Source: Candidatus Levyibacteriota bacterium (lineage in GTDB: Bacteria > Patescibacteriota > Microgenomatia > Levybacterales > UBA12049). From it: a DNA stretch of 64,000 bases. The translations under genes were made by a program, and so were the position numbers. The DNA lies in the NCBI GenBank assembly GCA_016199085.1, contig JACQHJ010000003.1, positions 103,517 through 167,516 of the forward strand, written 5' to 3'. Positions 37,990 to 47,340 of the stretch are shown piece by piece (position 1 is the stretch's first letter; each line of letters begins with the position of its first letter). Below the pieces are notes generated by a model. The model made no database searches. It was given only the letters and a program-made list of their open reading frames with translations, and was not told the DNA's origin.

Positions 37990-39245
37990 ATCTGCCTCCC
38001 TAGCGTTCTAAAATCTATGGTTTTAAAATAATCATCAACAGTTTCAGCTCTTCGTATTAGTACTGCTTTCCCGTTTGGTTTTAATAGAAGCTCTGCTGAT
38101 CTTAATTTACCGTTGTAGTTAAAACCCATTGCGTGACCGTGTGCACCTGTATCGTGAATTACTAAAATATCTCCTATATCTACTTTCGGAAGTCTTCTGT
38201 CAATTGCGAATTTATCATTGTTTTCACATAAAGATCCTGTTACGTCATAAATCTTTGTTTTATCTTTTTTACTTTTTCCCATAACCGTAATATGATGGTA
38301 AGCGCCATACATGCCGGGCCTCATTAAATTAGCCATGCTTGCATCAAGTCCGACGTAATTTTTGTACGTATCTTTTTTATGCAAAACCGTTGTTACTAAA
38401 TACCCGTAAGGACCTGTTATCATACGGCCGTTTTCCATAAATAGTTTAAGAGGATGCAAATTGTTTTTTACAATTTTTTCTTTATAGATTCTTTCAATTT
38501 TTCTAGACAAAAGGCTTAGATCAACAGGTTTTTGATCTTCTCTGTACGGGATGCCTATCCCTCCGCCGATGTTTATAAATTCAAATGTAATTCCCAAGGT
38601 TTTATTTATTTCCAAAATCAAATCAAAAAGCATGTTTGCTGTATCGACAAAATACTGGGGATTTAATTCATTTGATGCAATCATCGTATGAAGTCCAAAT
38701 CTTTTTACTCCTTTTTGTTTCATAATTTTATAGGCTTTAAATAACTGGTCACGAGTTAATCCGTATTTTGCTTCTTCGGGTTTTCCTATAATTGCATTTC
38801 CTTTTCTAAGTTTTCCCGGGTTATATCTAAAGCAAATAATATCCGGTATTCCTGCATGCTCTTTTAAGAATTCAATGTGGGATATATCATCAAGATTGAT
38901 GATTGCCCCTAAATCTTTTGCTTTTATGTATTCTTTTGCAGCGGCATCGTTTGAGGTAAACATAATGTCTTCGCCTTTAAGCCCTACTTTTTGGGCTAAA
39001 ATAAGTTCAGCATAGGAACTGCAGTCTGCTCCAAAACCCTGTCTTTTCATTATTTCCAGAATATACGGATTGGGGAGTGCTTTAACCGCAAAATATTCCC
39101 TAAAGCCTTTATTCCAAGAAAAGGCTTTGTTTAGTTTTATAGCATTTTCTACAATAGCTTTCTCATCATAAATATGAAAAGGTGTTTCAAAATTTTTGAT
39201 AATTTCTACTATTTGTTTTTTTGTAAATGGCAATGTTTTTCTCAT
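37986..39245 (-). CDS. lysA: Diaminopimelate decarboxylase
   Basis: Fold-III PLP decarboxylase motifs (YAVKALPN, GGGIGIPY, GAHGHAMG). Confidence 0.85.
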   Translation of the reverse strand: MRKTLPFTKKQIVEIIKNFETPFHIYDEKAIVENAIKLNKAFSWNKGFREYFAVKALPNPYILEIMKRQGFGADCSSYAELILAQKVGLKGEDIMFTSNDAAAKEYIKAKDLGAIINLDDISHIEFLKEHAGIPDIICFRYNPGKLRKGNAIIGKPEEAKYGLTRDQLFKAYKIMKQKGVKRFGLHTMIASNELNPQYFVDTANMLFDLILEINKTLGITFEFINIGGGIGIPYREDQKPVDLSLLSRKIERIYKEKIVKNNLHPLKLFMENGRMITGPYGYLVTTVLHKKDTYKNYVGLDASMANLMRPGMYGAYHHITVMGKSKKDKTKIYDVTGSLCENNDKFAIDRRLPKVDIGDILVIHDTGAHGHAMGFNYNGKLRSAELLLKPNGKAVLIRRAETVDDYFKTIDFRTLGRQI

Positions 39246-40465
39246 ATTTTTAAATTCTCTTGAATACTTTTTATTGCTTGTTTTACGTTTTCTCTATGTC
39301 CAAAAGCGGATAATCTAAAATACCCCTCTCCTAAAAGTCCAAATCCCGCACCCGGAGTTCCGACGACACGGGCCTCATTTAATAATTTGTCAAAAAATTC
39401 CCAAGAACTTAAACCATTTGGTGTTTTAAGCCAAATGTAGGGAGCGTTTTTTCCTCCGAAGACTTTTAACCCCATTTTTTCAAGACCGACTCTAATAAGT
39501 CTTGCGTTTTCCATGTAATAATCAATAATTTCCCCAGACTCTCTTTGTCCTTTTTTAGACAGCACTGCAAGACCCCCTTCCTGGGCAATATTTGATGCGC
39601 CGTTAAACATCGTTGTCTGGCGTCTGTTCCACATTGCGTTAAGCTCGCCTTTTTTTGAATTTTGGGTAATAAGATCCATTGGCACAATTGTCCAACCAAG
39701 CCTAACTCCTGTAAAACCAGCCCATTTTGAAAAGCTTGAAATTTCTATGGCACATTTTCTAGCCCCTGGTATTTCGTAAATACTTCTTGGCAAATTTTTA
39801 TCTTTAATGAAAAAACTGTAAGCTGCATCAAAAATAATTATGGCTTTGTGTTTCAAAGCCCAGTTAACAAATCTTTTAAGCTGATCTCTGGTTGCAACCG
39901 CACCCGTCGGATTATTCGGACTGCAGATATAAATTAAATCTACTTTTTTATCTGGCAGTTTAGGAAAAAAACCGTTTTCTTCCAAAGAATCCAGATAAAC
40001 AATGTTTTTATATCTTCCGTTTTTAAACTCTCCACCCCGTCCTTGTATAACATTACTGTCAACGTAGACTGGATAAACAGGATCTGAAACTGCAACTACA
40101 TTATCGTTTCCGAAAATTGAACTGATATTTGCACTGTCTGTTTTTGCTCCATCACTTACAAAAATCTCTAAAGGATCTATTCTCACTCCCATATTTTTAT
40201 ACCAAGTAGAAAGTGCTGCTCTAAGTCTTGTATCACCCTGCTCATCGCCGTAACCCGTATAGGTATCTACATTTGCTAATTTAGATACACCTAAGCCTAA
40301 ACCATCTATTACGCTTTTAGGTAAAGCCTCTGTCGTGTTTCCAATACCAAGCCTTAAGACTTTTGCATCTTTGTTTTTTTCCAAAAACACTTTAGTCCTT
40401 TTTGCAATCTCTGAAAAAAGATATCCTGCCTGCAATGTTTTATAATTTTTATTTATTGTTGCCAT
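39242..40465 (-). CDS. dapL: LL-diaminopimelate aminotransferase
   Basis: N-terminus MATINKNYKTLQAGYLFSEIAKR matches DapL ([23 protein letters not shown]). PLP lysine in SFSKWAGFTGVRLGW. Confidence 0.85.
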   Translation of the reverse strand: MATINKNYKTLQAGYLFSEIAKRTKVFLEKNKDAKVLRLGIGNTTEALPKSVIDGLGLGVSKLANVDTYTGYGDEQGDTRLRAALSTWYKNMGVRIDPLEIFVSDGAKTDSANISSIFGNDNVVAVSDPVYPVYVDSNVIQGRGGEFKNGRYKNIVYLDSLEENGFFPKLPDKKVDLIYICSPNNPTGAVATRDQLKRFVNWALKHKAIIIFDAAYSFFIKDKNLPRSIYEIPGARKCAIEISSFSKWAGFTGVRLGWTIVPMDLITQNSKKGELNAMWNRRQTTMFNGASNIAQEGGLAVLSKKGQRESGEIIDYYMENARLIRVGLEKMGLKVFGGKNAPYIWLKTPNGLSSWEFFDKLLNEARVVGTPGAGFGLLGEGYFRLSAFGHRENVKQAIKSIQENLKI

Positions 40466-40491
40466 ATATTTTAAATATTGTTTTTCCCATT

Positions 40492-40513
40492 AAAAAAACC
40501 CTCTAATGAGGGG
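40492..40513 (-). terminator. Terminator/attenuator-like hairpin (ccctc-atta-gaggg + U7) in the 190-nt leader between kbl and dapL
   Basis: Read from sequence. Lies 30 nt upstream of the dapL ATG. Confidence 0.45.
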
Positions 40514-40654
40514 TGTCTTTCTACTTTGGGTCTAAATTTACGACAAGACAAAACCCCCCACAAAGGAGTCCTTCTTGCACTTATCTTCAAAATTTACAAA
40601 TAAATTTTTCATCTGTTTCGTAATTCTAGCATTAAATTATTTTTTTGTCAAAAC

Positions 40655-41848
40655 TTATTTTAAAACTTTCAGTTGCCTTCCTATTTTTTCAAAAGCCTTT
40701 ATTCCAAAATCCAAGTCCTCTTTGCTATGCGATGCCGACGGAATTACCCTAATTCTTGCCTTTCCTTTTGCTACCATCGGAAAAACTATTGGCGTTGCAA
40801 AAACATTTTCCTCAAACAATTTTGCACTAAATTCCCTTGCTAAATCTTCATCGGAAAGCATCACCGGAGTTATCGGAGTGACACTGATTCCTGTATCAAA
40901 ACCAAGGTTTTTGAAACTTTCTTTAATGTATCTTGTATTATCCCAAAGTTTTTTAACCAGTAAGTCATCTTCTTCAAGTATTTTGACTGCTTCAACTAAT
41001 GCGGCTGTATCAGCTATTGTTAATGCATTTGAAAACAAAAACTGCCTTGCATTTTGTTTATAAAAATCTATTAAAACCTTTTTACCTGTGATAAATCCTC
41101 CTAAAACACTGAATGCTTTGGATAAAGTTCCTACTTCTATGTCTATTTGTCCGTGAAGGTTAAAATGATCTACTATTCCTCTTCCGCCTTTTCCCAGCAC
41201 TCCTTCACCGTGCGCATCGTCAACCATTGTTAAAACACCATATTTTTTAGCCAAACTCACAATCTGGGGAACAGGAGCCAAATCTCCGTCCATTGAAAAA
41301 ACTCCATCGGTCACTACAAGAATCCTGGGAGCCTTTCCATCAGTCTTTGGGGTCTTGGCAACTTCTTTTGCCTCAATGATTTTTTCCTCCAAATCTTTTA
41401 CGTCTAAGTGTTTATAAATAAATTTTGTTTTTACCCCCGAGAGCCTTACTGCATCAATTATTGAGGCGTGGTTTAGTTCGTCTGAGATGACAATATCTTC
41501 TTTACCGATAATTGTTGCAATTGCAGCGCAGTTTGCCATATAACCGCCTGTTAATACAATGCAACTTTCTGCTTTTTTAAATCTTGCTAAACGCTCCTCC
41601 AGTTCTACATGGAGCTTATGTGTTCCGGCAAGAGTTCTGTAACCCGTACCGACACCGTATCGATCGACAGCTTCTTTAATGGCTTTTTTTAATCTGTCGT
41701 TGACCGATAGTCCAAGATAGTGGCTTGAGCAAAAATTAAGCTTTTTTACACCGTCAATAGTTAGATATGCACCCTCTGCCGATTCGACAACCTTAGGAGT
41801 CTTGCCTTTTATAACCATTTCTTCAAGTTGTTTATAAAAATCATCCAT
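40655..41848 (-). CDS. kbl: 2-amino-3-ketobutyrate CoA ligase (glycine C-acetyltransferase)
   Basis: Alpha-oxoamine synthase family with PLP lysine in [11 protein letters not shown]. Immediately follows tdh. Confidence 0.8.
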   Translation of the reverse strand: MDDFYKQLEEMVIKGKTPKVVESAEGAYLTIDGVKKLNFCSSHYLGLSVNDRLKKAIKEAVDRYGVGTGYRTLAGTHKLHVELEERLARFKKAESCIVLTGGYMANCAAIATIIGKEDIVISDELNHASIIDAVRLSGVKTKFIYKHLDVKDLEEKIIEAKEVAKTPKTDGKAPRILVVTDGVFSMDGDLAPVPQIVSLAKKYGVLTMVDDAHGEGVLGKGGRGIVDHFNLHGQIDIEVGTLSKAFSVLGGFITGKKVLIDFYKQNARQFLFSNALTIADTAALVEAVKILEEDDLLVKKLWDNTRYIKESFKNLGFDTGISVTPITPVMLSDEDLAREFSAKLFEENVFATPIVFPMVAKGKARIRVIPSASHSKEDLDFGIKAFEKIGRQLKVLK

Positions 41849-41851
41849 ATC

Positions 41852-42853
41852 TTAGGGAATCAAAAGTATCTTACCACACTCTCCGGATTTCATAACTTCC
41901 ATGGCCTTTTCAAATTCCGAAAGTTTAAATCTATGGGTAATGATTTTTGTTAAGTCAACTTTTTTTGATTTTAAAAGCTCTGAAACGTCTTCCCATGTTT
42001 CCCAGATTTTTCTGCCGAATACTCCTTTAACAGTCAATTCTTTGTCTATAAAATATTTTCCAAAGTTTAACGATATGTCTTTTTTGGGAATGCCAAATAT
42101 TATTACCGTTGCCTTAATCCTTGCGGCTTCAAAGGCAGTTTGTATGGCGATTTCGTTTCCAGACATTTCCAAAACCACATCCATCTTATTTAGGTATTTC
42201 TCGGGAAGCTTTTCATAAACTTCATCTGCTCCCATCTTTTTACCCAAAACTCTTCTATAGCTTCCTCTGTTTAAGGCAATTATCTTTTTGGCACCATATG
42301 CTTTCGCAGCGGCAACTGCGCAAAGACCGGTAGGACCAAGCCCCGTCACCAAAACCGTTTTACCTTTAACGTTTACCCTATGAATAACGTGCACGGCATT
42401 ACCAAGAGGCTCCTGTGAGCTCATTTCCTCTAAGGGTATTGTCTTATCATTTTTCCATGATGTTTTAATTGGGACAGTTGCATACTGGGCAAAACCTCCA
42501 TTTCTTCCAATTCCAAATAGCTGCATATTCTCACAGATGTGCTTATTGCCGATTTTACATTGATAACACCTACCACAAAAAATATGAGTCTCTGAAGAGA
42601 TTAAATCTCCGACTTTAATATTTTTACTTTTACCATTAATTTCTACGACTTCGCCGACAACTTCATGACCGACAATAATAGGAGGATTTATATGAGACTG
42701 GGCCCATGGAGTCCAGTCATAAATATTAACATCTGTTCCACAAATGGAAACGATTTTTACTTTTATTAAAAGCTCGTCTTTTTGAGGTTTAGGAACGGGA
42801 ACTTGCTTTAACCTAACACCCTTTGTCTTTTGTTCTTTAACTACGGCTAGCAT
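41852..42853 (-). CDS. tdh: L-threonine 3-dehydrogenase (Zn-dependent)
   Basis: LLIKVKIVSICGTDVNIYDW and GHEVVGEVV match E. coli Tdh. Confidence 0.85.
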   Translation of the reverse strand: MLAVVKEQKTKGVRLKQVPVPKPQKDELLIKVKIVSICGTDVNIYDWTPWAQSHINPPIIVGHEVVGEVVEINGKSKNIKVGDLISSETHIFCGRCYQCKIGNKHICENMQLFGIGRNGGFAQYATVPIKTSWKNDKTIPLEEMSSQEPLGNAVHVIHRVNVKGKTVLVTGLGPTGLCAVAAAKAYGAKKIIALNRGSYRRVLGKKMGADEVYEKLPEKYLNKMDVVLEMSGNEIAIQTAFEAARIKATVIIFGIPKKDISLNFGKYFIDKELTVKGVFGRKIWETWEDVSELLKSKKVDLTKIITHRFKLSEFEKAMEVMKSGECGKILLIP

Positions 42854-42859
42854 AATTTA

Positions 42860-44656
42860 TTAATCTTTAACCTCAATCGCGGAAACCATATCTTCATCGA
42901 GTCTTAAAAGACCTTCATCGAGTCTTTTCTGATCCAAGAAATGCGCAATGAAACCAACCGATCTTGATATGACAAACAAGGCATTGAAAAATTCCGTATC
43001 AATAAGTTCGCCAAGATCTTTATCCGAATATCCTTCTTTTTCTGAAAGAATATCCAATAATACAGCTGCTATTGCACCATCAACGTTTAATATCAAATTT
43101 GCTTTCTTTCCTGTTGTTACTTTTTCAACTTCTTTTGCAAAACCGGAAAAGCGCTTCTTTGAAAGCTTATGAGAAAAGTTTAAAATCTCAGAAACTCTTG
43201 GATCAGGCATATCCAAGCGGTATTTTTTGTGCCCTATTCCCGAGATATAAATTTTTTGCCTTACAAAATGCTCTACAAAATCGGCCGCATTCCAACCTTC
43301 GGTCACACCTTTTAACCAATTATCTGCAGCCTGGTTGATTGCTCCGCCAAAACGAGAACCAATCGTTAAAAGACCCGATGAAAGTGAAGATACGAGGTCT
43401 CTGCCTGCTCTGGAGGCAACGATAGTATTTAGGGCGCCGCTGACATAAGGACCGTGGTCAACAAGAAGCCTTAGTACAAAATCAACAAAGTCTTCAAGCT
43501 GCCTTGATTTTATTTTCTTGCCTAAAAAAAGCGATGCGACGATTGCGGCAAAGGAATTTTGCTTGGCAAATTTAAGCAAATCTTCATTTAAAATCTTGAC
43601 GTTTCCGTCTTCATCTTTTGAAATTGTCGTTGAGATGAGAGCTTTTTTCCTTTGTTCCATAGACCTTATTCTACTATAATCCGTTGTAGTTTTCACTCTT
43701 TCCAAGGGCGCGTTTGTTATTTGTCTAACAAATTCTGGAAAAGTCTCATAAACAGTTGCTCCTGCATTTTTCAAAGCTTCTTTTTTTGCCCTTGCCGTTT
43801 CGTTTTGATTTTTAGCCATTGCTTTTGCATGACCAAACTGAGGAGGTGTTTCAAAAATCTCCGAGATGCTTCCTGCAATAAAACAAAAAGTAGGTTTTGT
43901 TATTTTCTTTGTTTTAATTAAATCTGCAATCTCGTATTCATCAACTCCGCCAAGCTCTCCGAAATAAACGATTGCTTTAGTTTTACTGTCATTTTGGGCA
44001 GACATAAATGCATCGCTTGGTGTAGTTATTGGAAATCTGTCACCCCCAAAAGAAAGAGAAAAAGAAATATTCTTACCTGAATTTGCAACAATTCTTATTA
44101 ATTCTCCTGTCATTCCGCCTGAGGCGCTAAATACAGCTACGCTTCCGCTACTTAGAAGCGATGAATCAATTAATTGTCTTACGTCTATCCCGCCAATCGG
44201 ACCAAGCTTAAGTACCTCTGGGATAACCAAACCAACGCTTGACGGACCGATTATAAACTTATTTTTGTTCTTAGAAAATTCGTAAAGTTCAAGGGAATGT
44301 TTTTCGGGAACATTTTCCGCAAAGATTACTCCCCCCAAGAGAGAAGGCAACGATTCTAAAATCTCTTTTGTAGATGAAAGAACTCTTCTAGCTGAAGAAA
44401 GGTTAATAAAGAAAGACAAATTCTGTTTTTTTTCATCGGGGAGATCCTTAAATGAAGAAACAACAGGAATCAGTATCTCTTTTTTACCCCAAAAATATCT
44501 TTCGTAATTTCTTCCGCTTGCAATTATTAAGCTTATGCTGGGTTCCTTCTTGCCTACCAAATAATCAAAGTCCAAAATTGACTGAATTATCCCAGGATAA
44601 CTGCCTATCGTTACAATATTTCCTTTAGTCTGTCTAATTTTTTCTATATTAATCAT
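42860..44656 (-). CDS. aclA: ATP-citrate lyase large subunit (CoA-binding/SCS-alpha-like + citrate-synthase-like domains)
   Basis: Tracks the C-terminal two-thirds of human ACLY: QSILDFDY, FWGKKEILIPV, PQFGHAKA (catalytic His), DHGPYVSGALNTIVASRAGRDLVSSLSSGLLTIGSRFGGA, SGIGHKKY, LILNVDGA, GFIAHFLDQKRL. Confidence 0.85.
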   Translation of the reverse strand: MINIEKIRQTKGNIVTIGSYPGIIQSILDFDYLVGKKEPSISLIIASGRNYERYFWGKKEILIPVVSSFKDLPDEKKQNLSFFINLSSARRVLSSTKEILESLPSLLGGVIFAENVPEKHSLELYEFSKNKNKFIIGPSSVGLVIPEVLKLGPIGGIDVRQLIDSSLLSSGSVAVFSASGGMTGELIRIVANSGKNISFSLSFGGDRFPITTPSDAFMSAQNDSKTKAIVYFGELGGVDEYEIADLIKTKKITKPTFCFIAGSISEIFETPPQFGHAKAMAKNQNETARAKKEALKNAGATVYETFPEFVRQITNAPLERVKTTTDYSRIRSMEQRKKALISTTISKDEDGNVKILNEDLLKFAKQNSFAAIVASLFLGKKIKSRQLEDFVDFVLRLLVDHGPYVSGALNTIVASRAGRDLVSSLSSGLLTIGSRFGGAINQAADNWLKGVTEGWNAADFVEHFVRQKIYISGIGHKKYRLDMPDPRVSEILNFSHKLSKKRFSGFAKEVEKVTTGKKANLILNVDGAIAAVLLDILSEKEGYSDKDLGELIDTEFFNALFVISRSVGFIAHFLDQKRLDEGLLRLDEDMVSAIEVKD

Positions 44657-45831
44657 TTTTCTAAGTACTTAAGAGCAATTAAGACAATATCTGTTAAGAC
44701 CATTTTTGGGCCTTCGACTTTTCCAAGCAAATCCTCTTTCCCCAAAAAATTCCTCATCTCCAAAAGTCCTTCTTCCTGATGAGGCCCACCTCTTCTGACA
44801 AAAACCTTAACTTTTTGTTTTACTAAGTTTTTTTTAACTTCATCTAAGGCTTGTATTACGCCTTTGAACGTAATCCTGATATCGGTAAAGTTTGCGACTC
44901 CTCCCCCGATTATTAAAACTTTTTTCATGGCATTTGATTTCAGAAGAAGACTAAGTAAATTCTTGGTATAGATATATGTTTCCTCTTTATTTGGATTTCC
45001 GCTATACTCACCATAGTTTGCAAGCTCTTTTCCGAATCCCTGGTTTGCGACCTCGTCTGCTAAAACAATACTTGCTCCTCCTCCTGATAAAAGCATAAAA
45101 ATACTTCCATTAGGATTTAAAATATCAAGCCTAAATGCAGCCTGACTTTTTTGCGAAAGATTAAGAATACTTTCTTCCTCTTTTGTCTTTGTCCTTGCCT
45201 CTAGGATAAAATCAGATTCGTCAAATGCTCTCTTTACGAAAAACTGGGCTGTGCTATCTACTTCTACTGCAAGATCAAGAATATATATTCTATCTTTGAT
45301 TACAACCAAGGGGTTAATTTCCAAAAATGAAAAGTAATTTTGGTCAAAGAGGGAAAATATTTTTTCCAAAAAGTTTTTGTCAATTTCAAGATACCTTGCA
45401 ATTTCGTCAATATCTTTAACCGTTTTTACGATCTTTTTTTTGATGTTTTCTTTGTGTTTCTCTATATCTATTCCGCCAGCATTTGAATAAAGAAATAGCT
45501 TTCCTTCTCTCACCAAATCAATGGACAAATATTTTTCTTGGTCTTTCTCATGAGCAATATACTCTTCAATAAAAAGGGACGAAAAGCCTAGCTTTGTATA
45601 TGAATCGATGATCTTTTCTACTTCACTAGTTTTTTTATCTATTGCTACAAGTCCTTTTTTAAACCTTCCCTTTACTCCCTGATCAACTTTTATAACGTAT
45701 CTTTTATTTGGATCTAAGATGGGAATCTTATTGTTGGTTTTAGAAGAAATTGAGAAACAATCTGGAGGAAAATTAAGGATATTATAGACAAGCTGCTTAG
45801 CTTTATATTCGCTTATTTTTACTCTTGCCAT
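44653..45831 (-). CDS. aclB: ATP-citrate lyase small subunit (ATP-grasp)
   Basis: Aligns to the ACLY N-terminus: MARVKISEYKAKQLVY, FLEINPLVV.KD.IYILDLAVEVDSTA, SGGGASIV, ELANYGEYSGNP, IIGGGVANFTDI..TFKG, VRRGGPHQEEGL. Confidence 0.85.
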   Translation of the reverse strand: MARVKISEYKAKQLVYNILNFPPDCFSISSKTNNKIPILDPNKRYVIKVDQGVKGRFKKGLVAIDKKTSEVEKIIDSYTKLGFSSLFIEEYIAHEKDQEKYLSIDLVREGKLFLYSNAGGIDIEKHKENIKKKIVKTVKDIDEIARYLEIDKNFLEKIFSLFDQNYFSFLEINPLVVIKDRIYILDLAVEVDSTAQFFVKRAFDESDFILEARTKTKEEESILNLSQKSQAAFRLDILNPNGSIFMLLSGGGASIVLADEVANQGFGKELANYGEYSGNPNKEETYIYTKNLLSLLLKSNAMKKVLIIGGGVANFTDIRITFKGVIQALDEVKKNLVKQKVKVFVRRGGPHQEEGLLEMRNFLGKEDLLGKVEGPKMVLTDIVLIALKYLEK

Positions 45832-45872
45832 ATCTTACAGATTGTATCAAACCTGGCTTTAATTGTGGAGGT

Positions 45873-46346
45873 TTAGTGAACGGCAATTATCGTGTAGGCA
45901 ATTTTTCCCGCTGGCGCTTCAACCTCTACTTTTTCTCCTACTTTTTTACCCATTAAGGCTTTGCCAAGAGGGGATTCATGCGAAATCTTTTTCTCTTTAG
46001 GATCTGCTTCCCATTCTCCAACGACGGTAAACTCTTCTTTCTTTCCCTTAACGGTAACAAAGACCTTGGAGCCAAGCGATACGACGTGGCTTGAGCCATT
46101 GTGATGGTTTTCCTCAATAAGGGTTGCCTGGCTTATCAATTCCTCAAGCTCGCCCAGTCTTCCATCAATAAAAGAAAGCTCTTCTCTTGCAGCAACGTAT
46201 TCAGCGTTCTCAGAAAGATCGCCCATGCTTCGCGCTTGGGAAACTCTTTCTAAAACCAAAGGCCTTTTAGAAGTATTTAATTCTTCGTATTCCTTTTTTA
46301 ACTCTTGTAATCCTTCTTTTGTTAAATAAATTTTCTTACTATCCAT
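45873..46346 (-). CDS. greA: Transcription elongation factor GreA
   Basis: Coiled-coil N-terminal domain plus FKBP-like C-terminal domain (SHESPLGKALMGKKVGE). Confidence 0.9.
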   Translation of the reverse strand: MDSKKIYLTKEGLQELKKEYEELNTSKRPLVLERVSQARSMGDLSENAEYVAAREELSFIDGRLGELEELISQATLIEENHHNGSSHVVSLGSKVFVTVKGKKEEFTVVGEWEADPKEKKISHESPLGKALMGKKVGEKVEVEAPAGKIAYTIIAVH

Positions 46347-46354
46347 ATGCTTCT

Positions 46355-46387
46355 AAAATAAAATCCCTCAGAATGTACTTCGAGGGA
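46355..46387 (-). terminator. Terminator-like hairpin (tccctc-loop-gaggga + U-rich) downstream of the 46483..47340 gene, abutting the greA start
   Basis: Read from sequence. Confidence 0.4.
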
Positions 46388-46482
46388 ATAATCACTTAAA
46401 TAAATACAATTATTTGTCCAATGCATAATAACTAAAATCAAAAACTTTGTCAATGACCTCTAGTTAATAAATAGAGGATATT

Positions 46483-47340
46483 TTATGCATTTCGTTTTAA
46501 AAAGACATTTACCTTTTTTTCCGTATTTTGAGGGTGAAAAGCAAGGAAGTTATCCTCTACCGTTTCTATCGTCACATCGTTTTTCATATACTCCCATTGC
46601 AGTATCCTTGCAAACTTTTCAACTCTAGTGATATTTAGAAACCAAACCAAAATCTTATTGAAGAAATTATCCTCAGCGTTAAAAAATATTTTATAACCTT
46701 TGATACGTGTTTTAATATTTGGAAAGAAATTAAATACCCAATCATTTTGATTTAAAAAATCAAAATAACAATTTTGTCTTTGAAAGACCGGTAAAAGCTG
46801 TACAATTTCGTGAGCAATATAGATGCTTTGCCTTTTTTTGATAAATCCGATGCTTTCTTTTCCGATAATTAAGTTTAGACATATTTTGTCTTTTGTATTT
46901 ACTTGTCTTTTCTTTCTATAAACTCCAAAAAGACTAAGGAGCAAAACCAGCATAAGCCTCGTAAACCAAGTTAGATTATTTTTAGAGATCACAAAGATGT
47001 CAATATCTTCATCTAAACTTGAGTTTTTCATTGCTAGGCTGCCACTTATACCGATAAATTCTACTGTTGGCAAGAAAGATAACTTTTTAATAATTGGGAG
47101 AGCTTTTATTATTTTTTGACTACTTATTTTTTCCTTTTCTAATCTTTGATAGACATCTTTTCTATTTTTTAAATAATAAAAAGATTTGTAAGAAGAGATA
47201 TTTAACGTTTTTAAGTATTTGAAAAAATGTTCTTTGGTTTTATCTGTTTTTGTAAACTGCCAGATTTCTTCTTTAGTTAGTGGATAATTGAAAAAATTAA
47301 AGTAGGACAGTGTTTCTAAAATTCTTTTTTTACTGTCCAT
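46483..47340 (-). CDS. Nucleotidyltransferase-fold protein (Pol-beta/KNTase-like GS-x9-DxD motif), function unknown
   Basis: IGISGSLAMKNSSLDEDIDIFVI matches the minimal NTase pattern hG[GS]x9-13Dh[DE]h. The remainder is unrecognisable. Confidence 0.4.
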   Translation of the reverse strand: MDSKKRILETLSYFNFFNYPLTKEEIWQFTKTDKTKEHFFKYLKTLNISSYKSFYYLKNRKDVYQRLEKEKISSQKIIKALPIIKKLSFLPTVEFIGISGSLAMKNSSLDEDIDIFVISKNNLTWFTRLMLVLLLSLFGVYRKKRQVNTKDKICLNLIIGKESIGFIKKRQSIYIAHEIVQLLPVFQRQNCYFDFLNQNDWVFNFFPNIKTRIKGYKIFFNAEDNFFNKILVWFLNITRVEKFARILQWEYMKNDVTIETVEDNFLAFHPQNTEKKVNVFLKRNA

